Below, in pieces: positions 48,301-62,200 of a stretch of DNA of 64,000 bases; within the stretch, counting starts at the first letter, position 1; each line of letters begins with the position of its first letter. The DNA comes from Cenococcum geophilum. Its lineage: Eukaryota. The stretch spans positions 31,000,001-31,064,000 of the forward strand of contig CP158635.1 in assembly GCA_050273025.1 (NCBI GenBank), read 5' to 3'. The notes beneath the pieces are model-generated. The model was not told the DNA's origin, did no database searches, and saw nothing but the letters and a program-made list of their open reading frames with translations. The position numbers were made by a program, and so were the translations under genes.

Positions 48301-51300
48301 AGTAGTATATTATAGACAACCTAGTAAAGGGGTTTATTAAGCCTAGTTAGGCCCTATTTACCTCCCCTATTTTTTTTACAAAAAGCTAAATAGAGGACTT
48401 TGTTTCTGCATTAACTACTATAAGCTTAATAATATAACCCGCAAAGACCGTTATCTGCTACCCTTACTAGATAAGACGCTGGCCCAAATAAATAGAGCTA
48501 AGGTATTTATAAAGCTTAATATCCGCTAGGCCTTCTACTAAATTAGAATAGACCCTAGATTTATGGACTTTACTATATTTCGGACTTAATACGGATTATA
48601 TAAATATAAAGTACTCCCCTTTAGACTAACTAACGGACCTACTATATACCAACGATATATAAATAATGTACTCTTTAACTACCTTAATGACTTCTATATA
48701 GCCTACCTAGATAATATTATAATTTACTCTAAAAATAAGTTAGAATATAAGGAGTATATCTATAAGGTCTTATAACGGCTCTATAATGCTAGCCTCTAGG
48801 CTAATATTAAGAAGTTAAAGTTTAGTATAAAGCGAATAAAGTATATAGGGTTTATTATTAGTATAGACGGAATTAAGGCAGATCTAGAAAAGACAGCCGT
48901 AATTAATTAATAGGAACTATTACGGACCGTAAAAGGGATATAGTTATTCCTAGGCTTCTATAACTTCTACTAACGCTTTATTAAAAACTATAGTAGAATT
49001 ACTTAGCCCCTTAGCCGCCTTATAATAAAGGACTAGCCCTTTTACTTCGACACTATATATAGGCAGGCTTTTAATAAACTTAAGAAACGGCTAGTCTCTG
49101 CTCCTTTACTCGCCTACTTTAACCTAAAATGGCCCTTAATGCTAAAAACAGATGCCTTAGATAGTATTATTACTAATATTTATTCCCAGAAGTAGATAGA
49201 CGGGGAATAGTACCCTATTACTTACTACTTAAAGACTATAGTAGATGCTGAGCTAAACTACCCAATTTATAACAAAGAAATGTTGGCTATTATTTATAGC
49301 TTTTAGCACTAGCGAGCACAGCTAAAAGGGACCCCTAAACCTATTTAAGTGGTTTCAGATTATAAGGCCTTAGAATATTTTATAATAATAAAAGCCCTTA
49401 TAGCCCAGCAGGCGCGCTAAGCAGATATTTTATCTTAGTTTAACTTCCTAATTATATATAGGCTAGGCGCTACTAACCGTGCGGACGCTTTTATAAGGCG
49501 CGAATAGGACCTAGATAACTAAATAGCTATAAAGGTCTTATTATAGACCCAGACGCTACTATAACTAAAGCACCTTAACCCTTAGATATAGGAAGAACTA
49601 AGTACTAAATCTTTAAGCGCTAAGATATGTCCTATTAACCCTATAGAATTCGACCTTATTAATAAACTACTATAAATAAACTGTACGGACCCTTCTCTAC
49701 AGGAGTACCGCAAAAAGGCAAAGGATATTAGCAGCCTATAGTCCCTTAAAAATAGACTACTTAAGCACTAGGAACGGCTAGTAGTAGTAAAAGAAAAGAA
49801 CTTATAAACCTAGCTTATTACCAAAGTATATACCTAGGTCTCTACAGCCTACCCTAGAAAAAATAAGACCTATAAGATTATTAGTGACCGTTACTACTAG
49901 CCCGGAATGGTTACGCATATTAACCGTTATATAAGAAACTGCAATAACTGCCATAGATCTACGATTCTACGAGATAAGACCCTAGGACTATTAAAGCTAC
50001 TCTTAATACTAGAGCGCCCCTAGTAGTATATCTCTATAGACTTTTATAAACTACTAGTAAACCGTAACGGGTATAATATGGTTATAATCTTAGTTAACTA
50101 TTTTAGTAAACGCCCTTTTTTAATCCCCTATTATAAGAATATTGATGCTAAAGAGGCGGCCTAATTATATATCTCTTATATCTACCAAATTTACGGACTA
50201 CTAAATACTATTATATTAGACCGCGGACCGTAGTTTATATTGGCTTTCTAGAATAAGTTTACCCAGATTCTAGGAATTAGGCTAAAGCTTTCTATAGTAT
50301 ATTACCCCCAAATAAATAGTTAAATAGAGATTATAAATTAATACTTAGACTAGAGACTCCGGCCCTTTATTAACTACTTCTAAGATAACTAGGGCGAACT
50401 ATTACCTCTAATAGACTACGCCCAGGCGACCCTACTCTATAACTTTACGGGATTTGCACCTATCTAACTAGAAATAGGGTATCTACCCTAAATAAGCTTT
50501 AACTGGGATAGGCTAGAAGGACCATAGACTATACGCGAAAAACTGTCTTATAAGGAAGCCTAGTAGTACACTAAGCGCTTAGAGGAAGCTTAGATAGTAG
50601 CCTATACAAACCTAAAAAAGGCCTAAAAATTAATAAAATAGAGGCAAATAAGTATAGGCGTAAGCCCGACTTTACCGTAAGTAATATAGTTTAGGTTATA
50701 ACAAAGAACTAAAAGACGGAACGGCCTAGCTATAAGCTTGATTATTAGATAGTAGGACCGTATAAGGTCCTTAAGAAAATAGGCAACTTATACAAAGTAG
50801 AGCTCCTAGATTTAATTAAGGTTTACCCTATTTTCTTGCCGAATAAGCTACGGAAGGCTATAAACAACCTATTACCTAGATAAAAGAACAAACCCCCCCT
50901 ATTAATTTAAGTTAGTGGCGATAATAAATAGGAAATTGAAGAGATACTGGCCTATAAGCTAGTAAGGAAAATGCTAAAGTACCGCGTTAGTTGGAAAGGC
51001 TATAACCTAAATCCTACCTAGTACCCTATATAGAACTTTATTAGCAATCTCCATAAGCTTTAAGAATTTTATAGCCGTTACCCTAATAAACCAGGACCGC
51101 TAAAGTACCTAGACAAATAGATAGAATGCTAGTATAATAAAGATAATAAGCTACCGGAAGAGCATAAAGATAAGAACGCCCTATAGGCATAATACGGATA
51201 TATAAAGCCTAAGGGCAGGCTTTTGCGGAGGGGGGGGTAATATTATAGCACTAGCAGAAAGCGGCAGCTATAGTAGACATTATAGTAAATATAGGGCTTA

Positions 51301-51465
51301 CGTAACTCTTACGTGACTAGGGATTATATATAACTCCTCGCGTTACTACTTATCCTTTCCTTTCCTTTTTTTTAGCTTTAGATTCTCGTTTATAGACAAT
51401 CTAATTATATAGGCTTGTACGTCCCTTATACCGTACTTATGCCTCGATTAACTAAGTCGCTAATA
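45360..51465 (+). mobile_element. Full-length Gypsy-C copy 3 (chromovirus)
   Basis: 225-bp LTRs at 45360-45584 and 51241-51465. TSD CTCTA/TTCTA (one C>T). gag ATG 45808, protease LADSG ~47026, RT YLDDIIIYS ~48704, integrase, chromodomain WEIEEILA ~50930, PPT GGAGGGGGGGGTAA. Confidence 0.95.
47926..48130 (+). mobile_element. Solo LTR (205 bp) of a Gypsy-C-related subfamily
   Basis: TGTTAC...GTAACA with perfect TSD ACTAC at 47921-47925 and 48131-48135. The 3' half resembles the Gypsy-C LTR 3' half. Little RIP. Confidence 0.92.
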
Positions 51466-51945
51466 TTCTATTACCTATAGGTAGAGGGCTTCCTAGCTAG
51501 TATACTTAGGCGTATTACCTTTTTAAGGGGCCCTCGCTCCTTATATATATCTTATTCCTTATATACGTTTTAGTATTTAGTATTTTTTTTTTTTACTAGG
51601 TGGCCTTATACTATAACTATTCTCTATATAGTAGTTATATTAACATATAAGTCTACTAATAAAACTACTACTTTATATTCTAGTATAGCGCGTATTATTC
51701 TCCTATAGGCCCCTATAGTTCTATATAGGTACTAGTTTTATAATTTAGCTAGTAGCGCTAGGGAGCTTTTTATTAATACCTTATTACCTAGTCCTAGGCC
51801 CTAGATCTAGGAGCTATATAGTATTATTAGCCTTACTATAAATAAATAAATAAATAAATATCTATATAATTTCCTATATAATTATTTCTATAAATTCTAT
51901 AATTAATTACTAGTATAAAAATATATATCTATACGCCTATATATT

Positions 51946-52388
51946 TATATAAAGCTCTATATAAAGTTCTATATAAGGCTCTATATAAAGCTCTGCTTAA
52001 AGCTCTACATAAAGCTTTGCATAAAGCTCTGTATAAAGCTCTGCTTAAAGCTCTGCACAAAGCTCTGCTTAAAGCTCTGCACAAGGCTCTGCTTAAAGCT
52101 CTGCACAAGGCTCTGCTCAAAGCTCCACATAAAGCCCCGCGCGAAGCCCTGCTCAAGGCTCTGCTCGAAGCTCTGCTCGAAGCTCTGCTCGAAGCTCTGC
52201 TCGAGGCTCTGCACGAGGCTCTGCACGAAGCTCTGCACGAGGCTCTGCACGAAGCTCTGCACGAGGCTCTGCACGAAGCTCTGCACGAGGCTCTGCACGA
52301 AGATCTGCACGAGGCTCTGCACGAAGCTCTGCACGAAGCTCTGCACGAAGCTCTGCACGAAGCTCTACTAAAGCTCTACGTAAAGCTT
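51946..52388. repeat. 12-bp minisatellite, consensus GCACGAAGCTCT, about 36 units
   Basis: Directly visible. It accounts for the three overlapping low-complexity ORFs in the track (EALH, QSFV, SRAL repeats). Confidence 0.95.
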
Positions 52389-52746
52389 ACCCCCTTCTGC
52401 AAGGCAAATCTATACCTACTAGCAGTCCTTAAGTATTATTTAAAGCTGGCTTATTAACCTAGGTACTCTAGCTGCGGTAAAAAGAGGGCGGCGGTAGTTG
52501 TAGGATGGGTGCAGTTGCTACAACTCTGGGGCGTTGGGCGCGATAATAAGATAACGAATTAGAATTGGGCAAATTGGGTAACATAGTCTTCTTTACCAGG
52601 TTTAATTTAGTAATTCTAGCCATTAGGAATAGCTTAAGGAGCTACAGAAGTTAAGATAATTTGGCTTAAAGTAGGCGTATATAGGCCTAAATACCCCGCG
52701 CGGGACTAACAAAAATCCGAACCGTGTACCAGACTTATCTTATAAA

Positions 52747-52876
52747 TCAGACCCCCGGGGAGAAATTGCGCTACGACGTGAAAGGACTAGCGCTACGCTT
52801 GTGGACCTTACCCTAGTCCTGTGGACTCCTAGACCAATCAGATCACACTAAGAGGAATTTCTCCCTAAGGGTCTAA
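52747..52876. repeat. 130-bp segment bounded by 21-bp inverted repeats (possible MITE)
   Basis: TCAGACCCCCGGGGAGAAATT (52747-52767) versus AATTTCTCCCTAAGGGTCTAA (52856-52876); the four mismatches are all transitions. No clear TSD. Confidence 0.5.
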
Positions 52877-53233
52877 GAGCTTATGGGCGCCCTTTATATA
52901 AGAACTTAATGTTTCTTATTAGGCGATAACTCTTTCACTATAACGTATATCTTAACCCTTTTATAACGTCTAGTTATTATAAAAATTCTATAAGGCAGGA
53001 GCTCTTTAATTTCTCTATCTATTGCATTAAATAATAATGTCGTAGCTATATTATATAGTTGGTTACGTTAGTTATATTTTATTAGTCGCATTTTATTAGT
53101 CGCATTTTCTTATCGGTTGCATTTTCTCGTCGCAATCTTGCCTTACTGCTATGCCTTATATACTTCTCTATGTCTAATTATCTCTAAAATAATACGAGCT
53201 AAAAGCTCTTTTTCTTCTCTATCGCCTCTATAT

Positions 53234-56200
53234 TGTTAGCGACTCAGTCAATCGAGACATTAGCACGGCAAAAGGGTCGCGCAAGCCTATACGATTGGAT
53301 TGTCTATAAACGAGAATCTAAAGCTAAAGAAAAGGAAAGGAAAGGACAAGCAGCAACGCGAGGAGTTATATACGATCCCTAGTCACGTAAGAGTCACGTG
53401 AGCCCTGCGTCTACCATAACGTCTACCATAGCTGCCGCTTTCTGCTAGTGCTGTAACATTACCCCCCCCTTCGCAAAAGCCTGCCCTCAGGCTTTGTATG
53501 TCCGTATTATGCCCATAGGGCGTTCTTATCTTTATGCTCTTCCGGTAGCTTATTATCTTTATTATACTAGCATTCCATCCATTTATCTAGGTACTTTAGC
53601 GGTCCCGGTTTATTAGGGTAACGGCTATAGAATTCTTAAAGCTTATAGGGACTGCCAACAAAGTTCTATATAGGGTATTAGGTAGGATCTAGGTCATAGC
53701 CTTTCCAACTAACGCGGTACTTTAGCGTTTTCCTTACTAGCTTATAGGCCAGTATCTCTTTAATTTCCCATTTATTATCGCCACTAACTTAAATTAGCAG
53801 GGGGGGTTCGTTCTTTTATCTAGGTAATAGGTTGTTCGCAGCCTTCCGTAGCTTATCCGGTAAGAAAATAGGGTAAACCTTAATTAAATCTAGGAGCTCT
53901 ACTTTATACGAGTTGCCTATTTTCTTAAGGACCTTATACGGTCCTGCCATCTAATAATTAAGCTTATGGCTAGGCCGTTCCGTCTTCCAGTTCTTTATTA
54001 TAACCCAAACTATATCACCTACAGTAAAGTCGGGCTCGCGCCTATGCTTATTTACCTGCTGTTTTATTAATTTCTAGGCCTTTTTTAGGTTTGTATGGGC
54101 TACCGTCCAGGCTTCCTCTAAGCGCTTAGCGTACTACTAGGCTTCCTTATAAGATAATTTCTCGCGTACGGTCTATAGTCCTTCTAGCCTATCCCAGTCA
54201 AAGCTTATTTAGGGTAGATACCCCATTTCTAGTTAAATAGGTGCAAATCCCGTAGAGTTATAGGGTAGGGTCGCCTGGGCGTAGTCTATTAGAAGTAGCA
54301 GTTCGCCCTAGTTATTTTAGAAGTAGTTAATAAAGGGCCAGAGTCTCTAGTCCAAGTATTAATTTATAATCTCCGTCTAACTATCTATTTGGGGGTAGTA
54401 CACTATAGAAAGCTTTAGCCTAATTTCTAAGATCTAGGTAAACTTATTCTAGAAAGCCAATATAAACTGCGGTCCGCGGTCCGATATAATAGTATCTAGT
54501 AGTCCGTAAATTCGGTAAATATAATAGATATATAGTCGGGCCGCCTCTTTAGCATCGATATTCTTATAACAGGGGATTAAGAAAGGGCGTTTGCCAAAAC
54601 GGTTAACTAAGATTATAACCATATCGTACCCGTTACGGTCTACTGGTAGTTTATAAAAGTCTATAAAGATATACTGCCAGGGGCGCTCTGGTATTAGAAG
54701 TAGCTTTAATAGTCCTAGGGTCTTATCTCGTGGAATTATAGACCTACAGCAGTTGTTATAGTTCCTTATATAACGGTTAATATCCGTAACCATTCTAGGC
54801 CAGTAGTAACGGTCACCAATAATTTTATAGGTCTTATTTTTTCTGGGGTAAACCGTAGAGACCTAGGTATGTGCTTTAGTAATAAGCCAGGTTCGTAAGT
54901 TCTTTTCTTTTACTACTACTAGCCGTTCCCGGTGCTTAAGTAGTCCATTTTTAAAGGACCATAGGCTGGTAACATCCTTTACCTTTTCGCGGTACTCCTA
55001 TAGAGAAGGGTCCGTACGGTTTACTTGTAGTAGTTTATTAATAAGGTTAAATTCCATAGGGTTAATAGGATATATCTCGGCGCTTGAAGATTTAGTACTT
55101 AGTTCTTCCTATATCCGAGGGTTAAGGTGCTCTGGTTGTAGTAGCATCTAGGTCTATAATAAGACCTTTACGGCCATCTAGTTATCTAGGTCCTATTTAC
55201 GCCTTATAAAAGCGTCCGCACGGTTAGTGGCGCCTGGCCTGTATATAATTAGGAAGTTAAACTAAGATAGGATATCCGCCTAGCGCGCCTGCTAGGCCGT
55301 AAGGGCTTTCGTTATTATAAAATATTCTAAGGCCTTATAATCTAAAACCACTTAAATAGGTTCGGGGGTCCCTTCTAACTGTGCTCGCCAGTGCTAAAAG
55401 CTATAGATAATAGCTAACATTTCTTTGTTATAAATTGGGTAGTTTAGCTTAGCATCTACTATAGTCTTTAAGTAGTAAGTAATAGGGTGCCATTCCCCGT
55501 CCCTCTGCTTCTAGGAATAAACGCCAGTAATAACACCATCTAAGGCATCCGTTTCTAGCATTGAGGGCCGTTCTGGGTTAAAGTGGGCGAGTAAAGGAGC
55601 GGAGACTAGCCGTTTCTTAAGTTCATTAAAAGCCTACCTATATGCGGTGTTAAAGTAAAAGGGCTAGTCCTTTATTATAAGGCGGCTAAGGGGCCAAGTA
55701 ATCCTGCTATAGTTCTTAATAAAGCGTCGGTAGAAGTTATAGAAGCCTAGAAATGACTATATCCCTTTTACGGTCCGTAGTAGTTCCTATTAATTAATTA
55801 CGGCCGTCTTTTCTAGGTCTGCCTTAATTCCGTCCATACTAATAATAAACCCTAGGTACTTTATTTACTTTATACTTGTTGGACTCACAAGGGGATATCA
55901 CGTAGCTACGGTTCGTAGATAGTATGATGATTGTTCTTCTTTTTCTTTCTTGAAGAAAGGGGTGAGGAACTTAAGGTTCCTCACCACGCTAGTGCCGCGG
56001 CGGCACGTGATGGCAACTTGCCACACGTGACGGCAATATACCTTATATGGTGACCATTTGCCTTTATTCCCAACACTAGCAACTCTTCTTTTATGGTTGC
56101 CATTTATATATATATACCGCTTAACTAGCGGAACAAAAATTAATCCTCCTTACTTACTATTGCCATTGCAATATAAGTCTCGCTGTCCCAAAATTTGCCT

Positions 56201-59200
56201 CTTAGCACGTGGTGCTTTCTTGCTTATAAGTTATAGGTAGGTATCTTATTAATAGGGCCGCTAAGGCGCTAGCGGTAAGCGAGCCAATAGCAATTTTCCA
56301 TCCCAGGGATGGAAAATCCTGATTGGCTGGTTTAAGTTAGGGTCTGCAGAATCTGACTAATTAGACAACTTTAACCGCCGGTCGAAGTTCTAGGATATCT
56401 TAAGACCTTATATGACTAAGAAATTTCTGGGGACTCCCTTTTAACCTAACCTTTAACTTATACACGTAGAGTATTTATGTTAACAAACGTCTCTAGTGCC
56501 TTATTTGGGTTCGCCTTTGTTATTACATCTACTGGGTTATCTTGGCCATTAATCCATTAAATCTTAAAGAGTTCTTAACGCTCGTAGGATTGCTAAAGTG
56601 CCATAATATTAATTATAAGGCGCTTCTCCTTTATAGTACCGAGCTTAACTAAATACTCGTAGAGGGAAAATAAATTAGTGCATACGATTATAGGAATAAC
56701 GGGAAGTTCGAGTTAATCTGTAATTATCTTTAGGGTAGTTCCAATTGTAATTACCATATTAACTCCGCCAATTATTTTATATATCTCTAACGCTAAAATA
56801 CTTTAAATAACGCGCTTGCTCTTAGTTAAGCTCCAATAGATAAGATTACTATAGATTATAAAGTTATTCTCTCTAGTAAATTCGTTCGCGATAATAATCT
56901 TATATCCTAACTAGGAGCTAAAATCTTTATTATTTACGAACAATCCATTAATAAATATAAAGAGCTTGGCGGTAGGAAGATTAATAGGCACGTAGAGTAG
57001 TCCCCGATTAAAATGGTTTATTTACTAGAAAAAACGTTTATTTAGGGCAAGAACGTCGTCCTTAGTTGGTTCCTAGTGTTAGGCAGCAACGGAGAGATTA
57101 AATGAAGCCTTAGGTTAATAGATAGAAGTAATATAAGCTCCGCAAGCGCGTTGCTCCACATATCCTTGCTTTAGGGAATTAATATTAATAACGTTAATCT
57201 TCTTACCTTAACCCTTCTAGCGCAAAGCAATGGAATCCTCGTTTAGGGAAAGGATGCATCTATTAAAGAGTAATAGTATTATTAAGTTAAGCTTTTCCTT
57301 TGGCTTTACTATAAGATTTGCCTTTACTAGCTCATCCTCTTTAAGAGCTAAGAATTGGTTGTCTCCTAAGATAATTATATTATTAGTTTACATACCAATA
57401 ATTCCGAATAGAGTTCCCGTGGTTATAATAAGGAAGCAGGGATTGAATATAGAAGTAGTTATTAAAAGCTTCTCTTTATAGTGCTTGCTGTAGGTAGCCC
57501 ACTAGTGAGTTCCTGCCTCTGCGATTCTATATAATGGCTTAAGCACAACCATGATCGTGTCTTTAGGATACTAGTGGCGAATTTGCTCCAGAAGGTATGC
57601 TAATATTAAGCGCTAAAGGTGCGTCTCTAATTGGGTGTAGGCTTAAGTAATATCTTACAAATAAACTGCCATTCCATTCTTTATTAAGGAGGGAGCTAAT
57701 GTAATAATAACTTGCTAACTAGCTTATTAAATCGTAGGAGATTGTATAAGAATTATCTCTTTACCATTATCATTGTAACCTTAGATGATAAGCCTTAATT
57801 TCTTAAATAGGGCGTTAATAGCTTTGCCCTTAATCTCGTTAACCATTCTTAACTTAAAGATGCGAACTCTATCGAACTTAGTAGGGTCATATTTCTCGAA
57901 TTTAAAGACTTCTCTTGCGATAAGACCGTCGATCTCCTGCTTATTGGATGCTTAGAAAGGAGCTCCTAGGGTTATAATACGACCTTCCTTTCGGAGCTAT
58001 TTTGCGAGCTTAAAGTCAGCCTTCTCTTTAGCTGTTATAAAGGCCATTAATAACTTAACTCTACTCTCTATAGCAGCAACAAATTGCTCTTCAAAATTAA
58101 TAAGATATTGGCGATTTTATAATCCCTTCAGGCGACCTCTACCGCGTTATAGTTGCGGCACGTCTACTATAATTATATTAGGATTATAGTTGCCTTCTAG
58201 GGCACGTTAGTCGTAGTTCTCCTCTAGGGTATCTTCTAGGGCATCTTCTAGGGTATCCTATAAAGGCTCGGAACTGTTATCTTTATAGTAGGGCCTAATA
58301 ACGGTTAAACGGAATTAAGTGGGTCTATAGGGCATCTAAAGAGTGCAAGTTTAACTATTAGTTGTAATGAGTTTATATAGGCCTAACCATCCTCCCTTTT
58401 TACGCCATACCCGTACTTTAGATTGGAGTGGCAGATTAAGCGTAGTTAAGGTATTTAGGCCATTTCTCATTCCTAGTGCGTTATTAACCTAGCGCATAGC
58501 GTATAGACGTTATACCTCCTTCGTTGCTTTATAAATAGCCTTAGCTCATTACATAATAGAGGGAGATGGTGGAGAATTATTAGTTATTTAAGGGTAGGCG
58601 CTAAAGACTAGCAACATAGGTATAAGTCCATCCGGGCCAGCGGAATCGTTAATAGCTTTAACAGCTATTTACAAGGTAAGTTCTTTGCTAGCGTCCTTTA
58701 GTTCCGAAGAGATAATCTTATATACGCGGCGTAATGGCGCGTAATATCACTCCACTTTTCTGATACTATTATATGCCTTAATAGGGACTTCCTTAACCTT
58801 AATTGCTATTGCCTTTATTTATTATCGGAACTCTATAGATAAGAAGTTCTTTCCTACGTTATGGACGATTTAATTAGGGGGTCCTAGGTAGATATCAATC
58901 TAGTATAACTAAAGGGTATCCTATGCGTTCCTAGCTAATATATCCTTTAAAAATTGTGCGGCTTAGAAGGAGGTTAAGAAGTTAATAACTTGGAGTACTA
59001 GCTTGCTACTAAGGTATATAACATTAACGATAATACAGAAGTTAAAGTCGTAGTTATCTTTAAGGGTAAACTTAAATCGGCCAGGGGACCTCTGGTTTAT
59101 TTAGCAGTAGTAGCAGTATTTTATAAGATGCTTAATTGCCTTGACCTTAACTTTATAGCCTGCTTACTAAAGAACCCTAAGTAATTGGTAAACTAATAGG

Positions 59201-62200
59201 TAACCAAAACGACAGTGTAGTTAGCGTAACTCTGACTTAGTTAAATGGCTCTAAGCAATACTTTTTTCTAGTTATTAAAGGAGCAGCTAAGGGTAACCCC
59301 ACTTACGTATAATAGGCACCCGATTATCTCCCTATACAAGCATATTCTTAAGGTTATTAAGCTTAACACCTAGTTTATCTATATCTCTAATGCAAAATAG
59401 AAATGGGGTATTTATAGGAATAACGTAAAAAGTAATATACCCTAAGGGGGTTTAAACCCTAATTGTGCCGAGAGAGATTGTAGTACTTTTACTAAAACAA
59501 ATCGTGTATTAGCCTGCCGTTAAATGGTTAATCTAAACAGAGCTATTAAGCTGCTAAAGGGCTCAAACTTAAGGTTCTCCTACTATAGATACTCCTACGG
59601 CTCTAGTATCCGGCATAATACTATAGAAGACGTTCGCCGAGTATTTATTATTAAAGGAAAACGCGGAGCTCTCTTTTGGCTTATTAAAGATATCTAACTT
59701 CGTAATAAAATGGAGTGTAGATTGGTTATTAAGAACAGCGACAATTTATATGCTATTTACCTTACCATACTTAGTAAAGTATTAGTTAGGTAAGTAGTCC
59801 TCAATTTCTATATCCATAAGAAGCTGTTCGGTCTTATTAACCTTACCCTTAAGGTCTTCTACGCCTTTATATTAAACTAGGAAGCTTTAGAAGTAGGCCG
59901 TAGTAACCTTATAATTTTTAACGTTTCTTATACTCTAACGGAACTTGTTATATGCCTCTTTTCGCTTATTAAGGGAGTGTCTAGTTAACTAGCAATTTGG
60001 CTTCTTATAAATGTAGTACTTCTTCTAGCAATTACTTCGAAATAAACCTCTATAAGGACCTCTATAATTACCTTATAGTTAACATTAATTATACCCTTTG
60101 CCGTATTCCCTACCACGGCCGCCATATATTCGATTAGTCTAGTTATAATCATATTAGTTAGGAATGCTTAATTAGGTAGGGCTTTCGGTATAGAGCTATT
60201 AAGATTCTTATATTTGCATCGCAGTACCTACAGCGGAGCGTAGCTCGGCATATACTTCTTTAAACGTGTCCGTAGGTTTATATAGCGCCAAGTTACACTT
60301 AGGAATGCTATAGCATGCTAAGATAACCTAGTCCCTTAGGCTATTCTTATTTTAGTAAGTTTTAGTAAATCCGCGTTAGATTTTCTAGAGTTTATTAAAG
60401 AGTAGTTAAAGACACTCTAGGTAAGTTATTGTCGGGTTAGAAGCGATAACTCTCTAGAATATAGTCTCCCGCTATTCGGATATATAGAGTTAATGGTTCT
60501 TATCGGTTTTAAAGTAGGCTCTAGTAAGCTAAAGCATTACATTAAAGCTATAGTTTTTACCTATAATATAGTCGTAATAGAACATTGCCGCCCGTCCCTT
60601 TAATATAACAGAGAAAGCATAATGGAACTAATGGCGTTAAATTCTAACCTTATTACAGCAGTTATAAAAGACCTGTAGTTTTACTCTAAGTATATTGTAT
60701 AATTCTCCTCCAAACTTCTTCTCTTCGTCCAAATATACCTTTATTAGATTCGTAACTTCTTAAAATAAAGGCTTATTGGTTAGCTAAGATAGAGGAATTA
60801 GAGGTGGTAGAGGTAAAGGAAGAGCACCTCTAGGTAGGAGAGCACCTTTAGGTGGGAGAGTAGCGTTCTAGGGGTTTTGTTCCAAATTAAAGTTACCTTC
60901 TAAAGAATATAGGTTGGTTTTAGGTTTCCATAGTTAACGTATAATCTTAGCTTCCGTCCATACTGGTTCTTCTATACTAGTAAGAACGGCGTAAATATTA
61001 CTAGTAATTGGGTTACCGTCCTCAGTAATATATACCCCATTCCTTTAAAGGGAGTCTCAAAAATCCTAAATAATATTAATATTGCTAAGTGCCTAGGTAT
61101 CGGCGGTCCATCCTATAAAATCCTCCCTAAAGTATTCCCATAACTATAAATCGGCGTAATAGCTATCTCGGTAGAATAGAATATGGTGTAGGAGAAAGCC
61201 GTTAACTTATTTTGCGGTATAGGTTATTATATTAAAGGTAAATGCGTCCCAATCTTCATTAATAAGTTTCGCGTATATAGCTACCCCTAGTAGTAAGGAG
61301 TCTCTTTAGTCGTTTAAAGTGGCTATAGTTATATCTTCGGAGGAAGGGAATATTGGTAGTATAGGGATTGTCGTTTAGTACGCGTTCGTGATATATATTT
61401 GCAATTATAGGGCTTAGGACTAGTTCTAGCCTTAAATTGCAAAAACTCGTAAAGCGTATTGTTCTACGTGATAGACGCAAGAATCCATAATCTTAAAAAG
61501 GCTTAGGACCAGTTCTGGCCTTTAGATCCTTAGATTTGTAGAAGAGTTCTATTTAAGGTTTAGGACCAGTTCTAACCTTAAAAGACAGCTTCCCTTAGCA
61601 CGAGTAGCACTGGTATAGTGGCTTGTCTCTTCTTGGTGAAAACCTAGCTGTTCTATGGTATAACAGTAAAGTTAACTACTAATCAGTGTTAGACTCACAA
61701 GGGGATATCACGTAGCTACGGTTCGTAGATAGTATAATGATTGTTCTTCTTTTTCTTTCTTGAAGAAAGGGGTGAGGAACTTAAGGTTCCTCACCACGCT
61801 AGTGCCGCGGCGGCACGTGATGGCAACTTGCTATACGTGACGGTAATATGCCTTATATGGTGACCATTTGCCTTTATTCCCAACAATACTAAACTCTAAC
61901 TTTTTAATATTGGCCTAGAGGCTAGTATTACGGAGCCGTTATAGGACCTTATAGACGTGCTCCTTATATTCTAACTTGTTTTTAGAGTAAATTATAATAT
62001 TATCCAGGTAGGCTGTATAGAAGTCATTGAGGTAGTTAAAGAGTACATTGTTTATATATTGTTGGTACGTAGTAGGTCTATTAGTTAGTCTAAAGGGGAG
62101 TACTTTATATTTATATAATCCGTATTAAGTCTAAAATATAGTAAGGTTTATAGATCTGGGGTTTATCCTAATTTAGTAGAAGGCCTAGTAGATATTGAGC

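Larger units (their letters stand above)
44493..51838 (-). mobile_element. Third LINE copy (5'-truncated, inverted), split by Gypsy-C copy 3
   Basis: 44493-45359 and 51471-51838 are reverse complements of ~42760-43930. Confidence 0.82.

Noticed and set aside
51946..52388. CRISPR-like or telomeric array
   Set aside because: No spacers, eukaryotic context, and the unit is not TTAGGG-like.
51929..52457. Three overlapping ORFs (EALH, QSFV and SRAL repeats)
   Set aside because: By-products of a stop-free 12-bp tandem repeat; no unique coding context.
52768..52855. Hammerhead-like GAAA followed by an 8-bp stem
   Set aside because: The cleavage triplet would end in G and no CUGANGA precedes a stem II.
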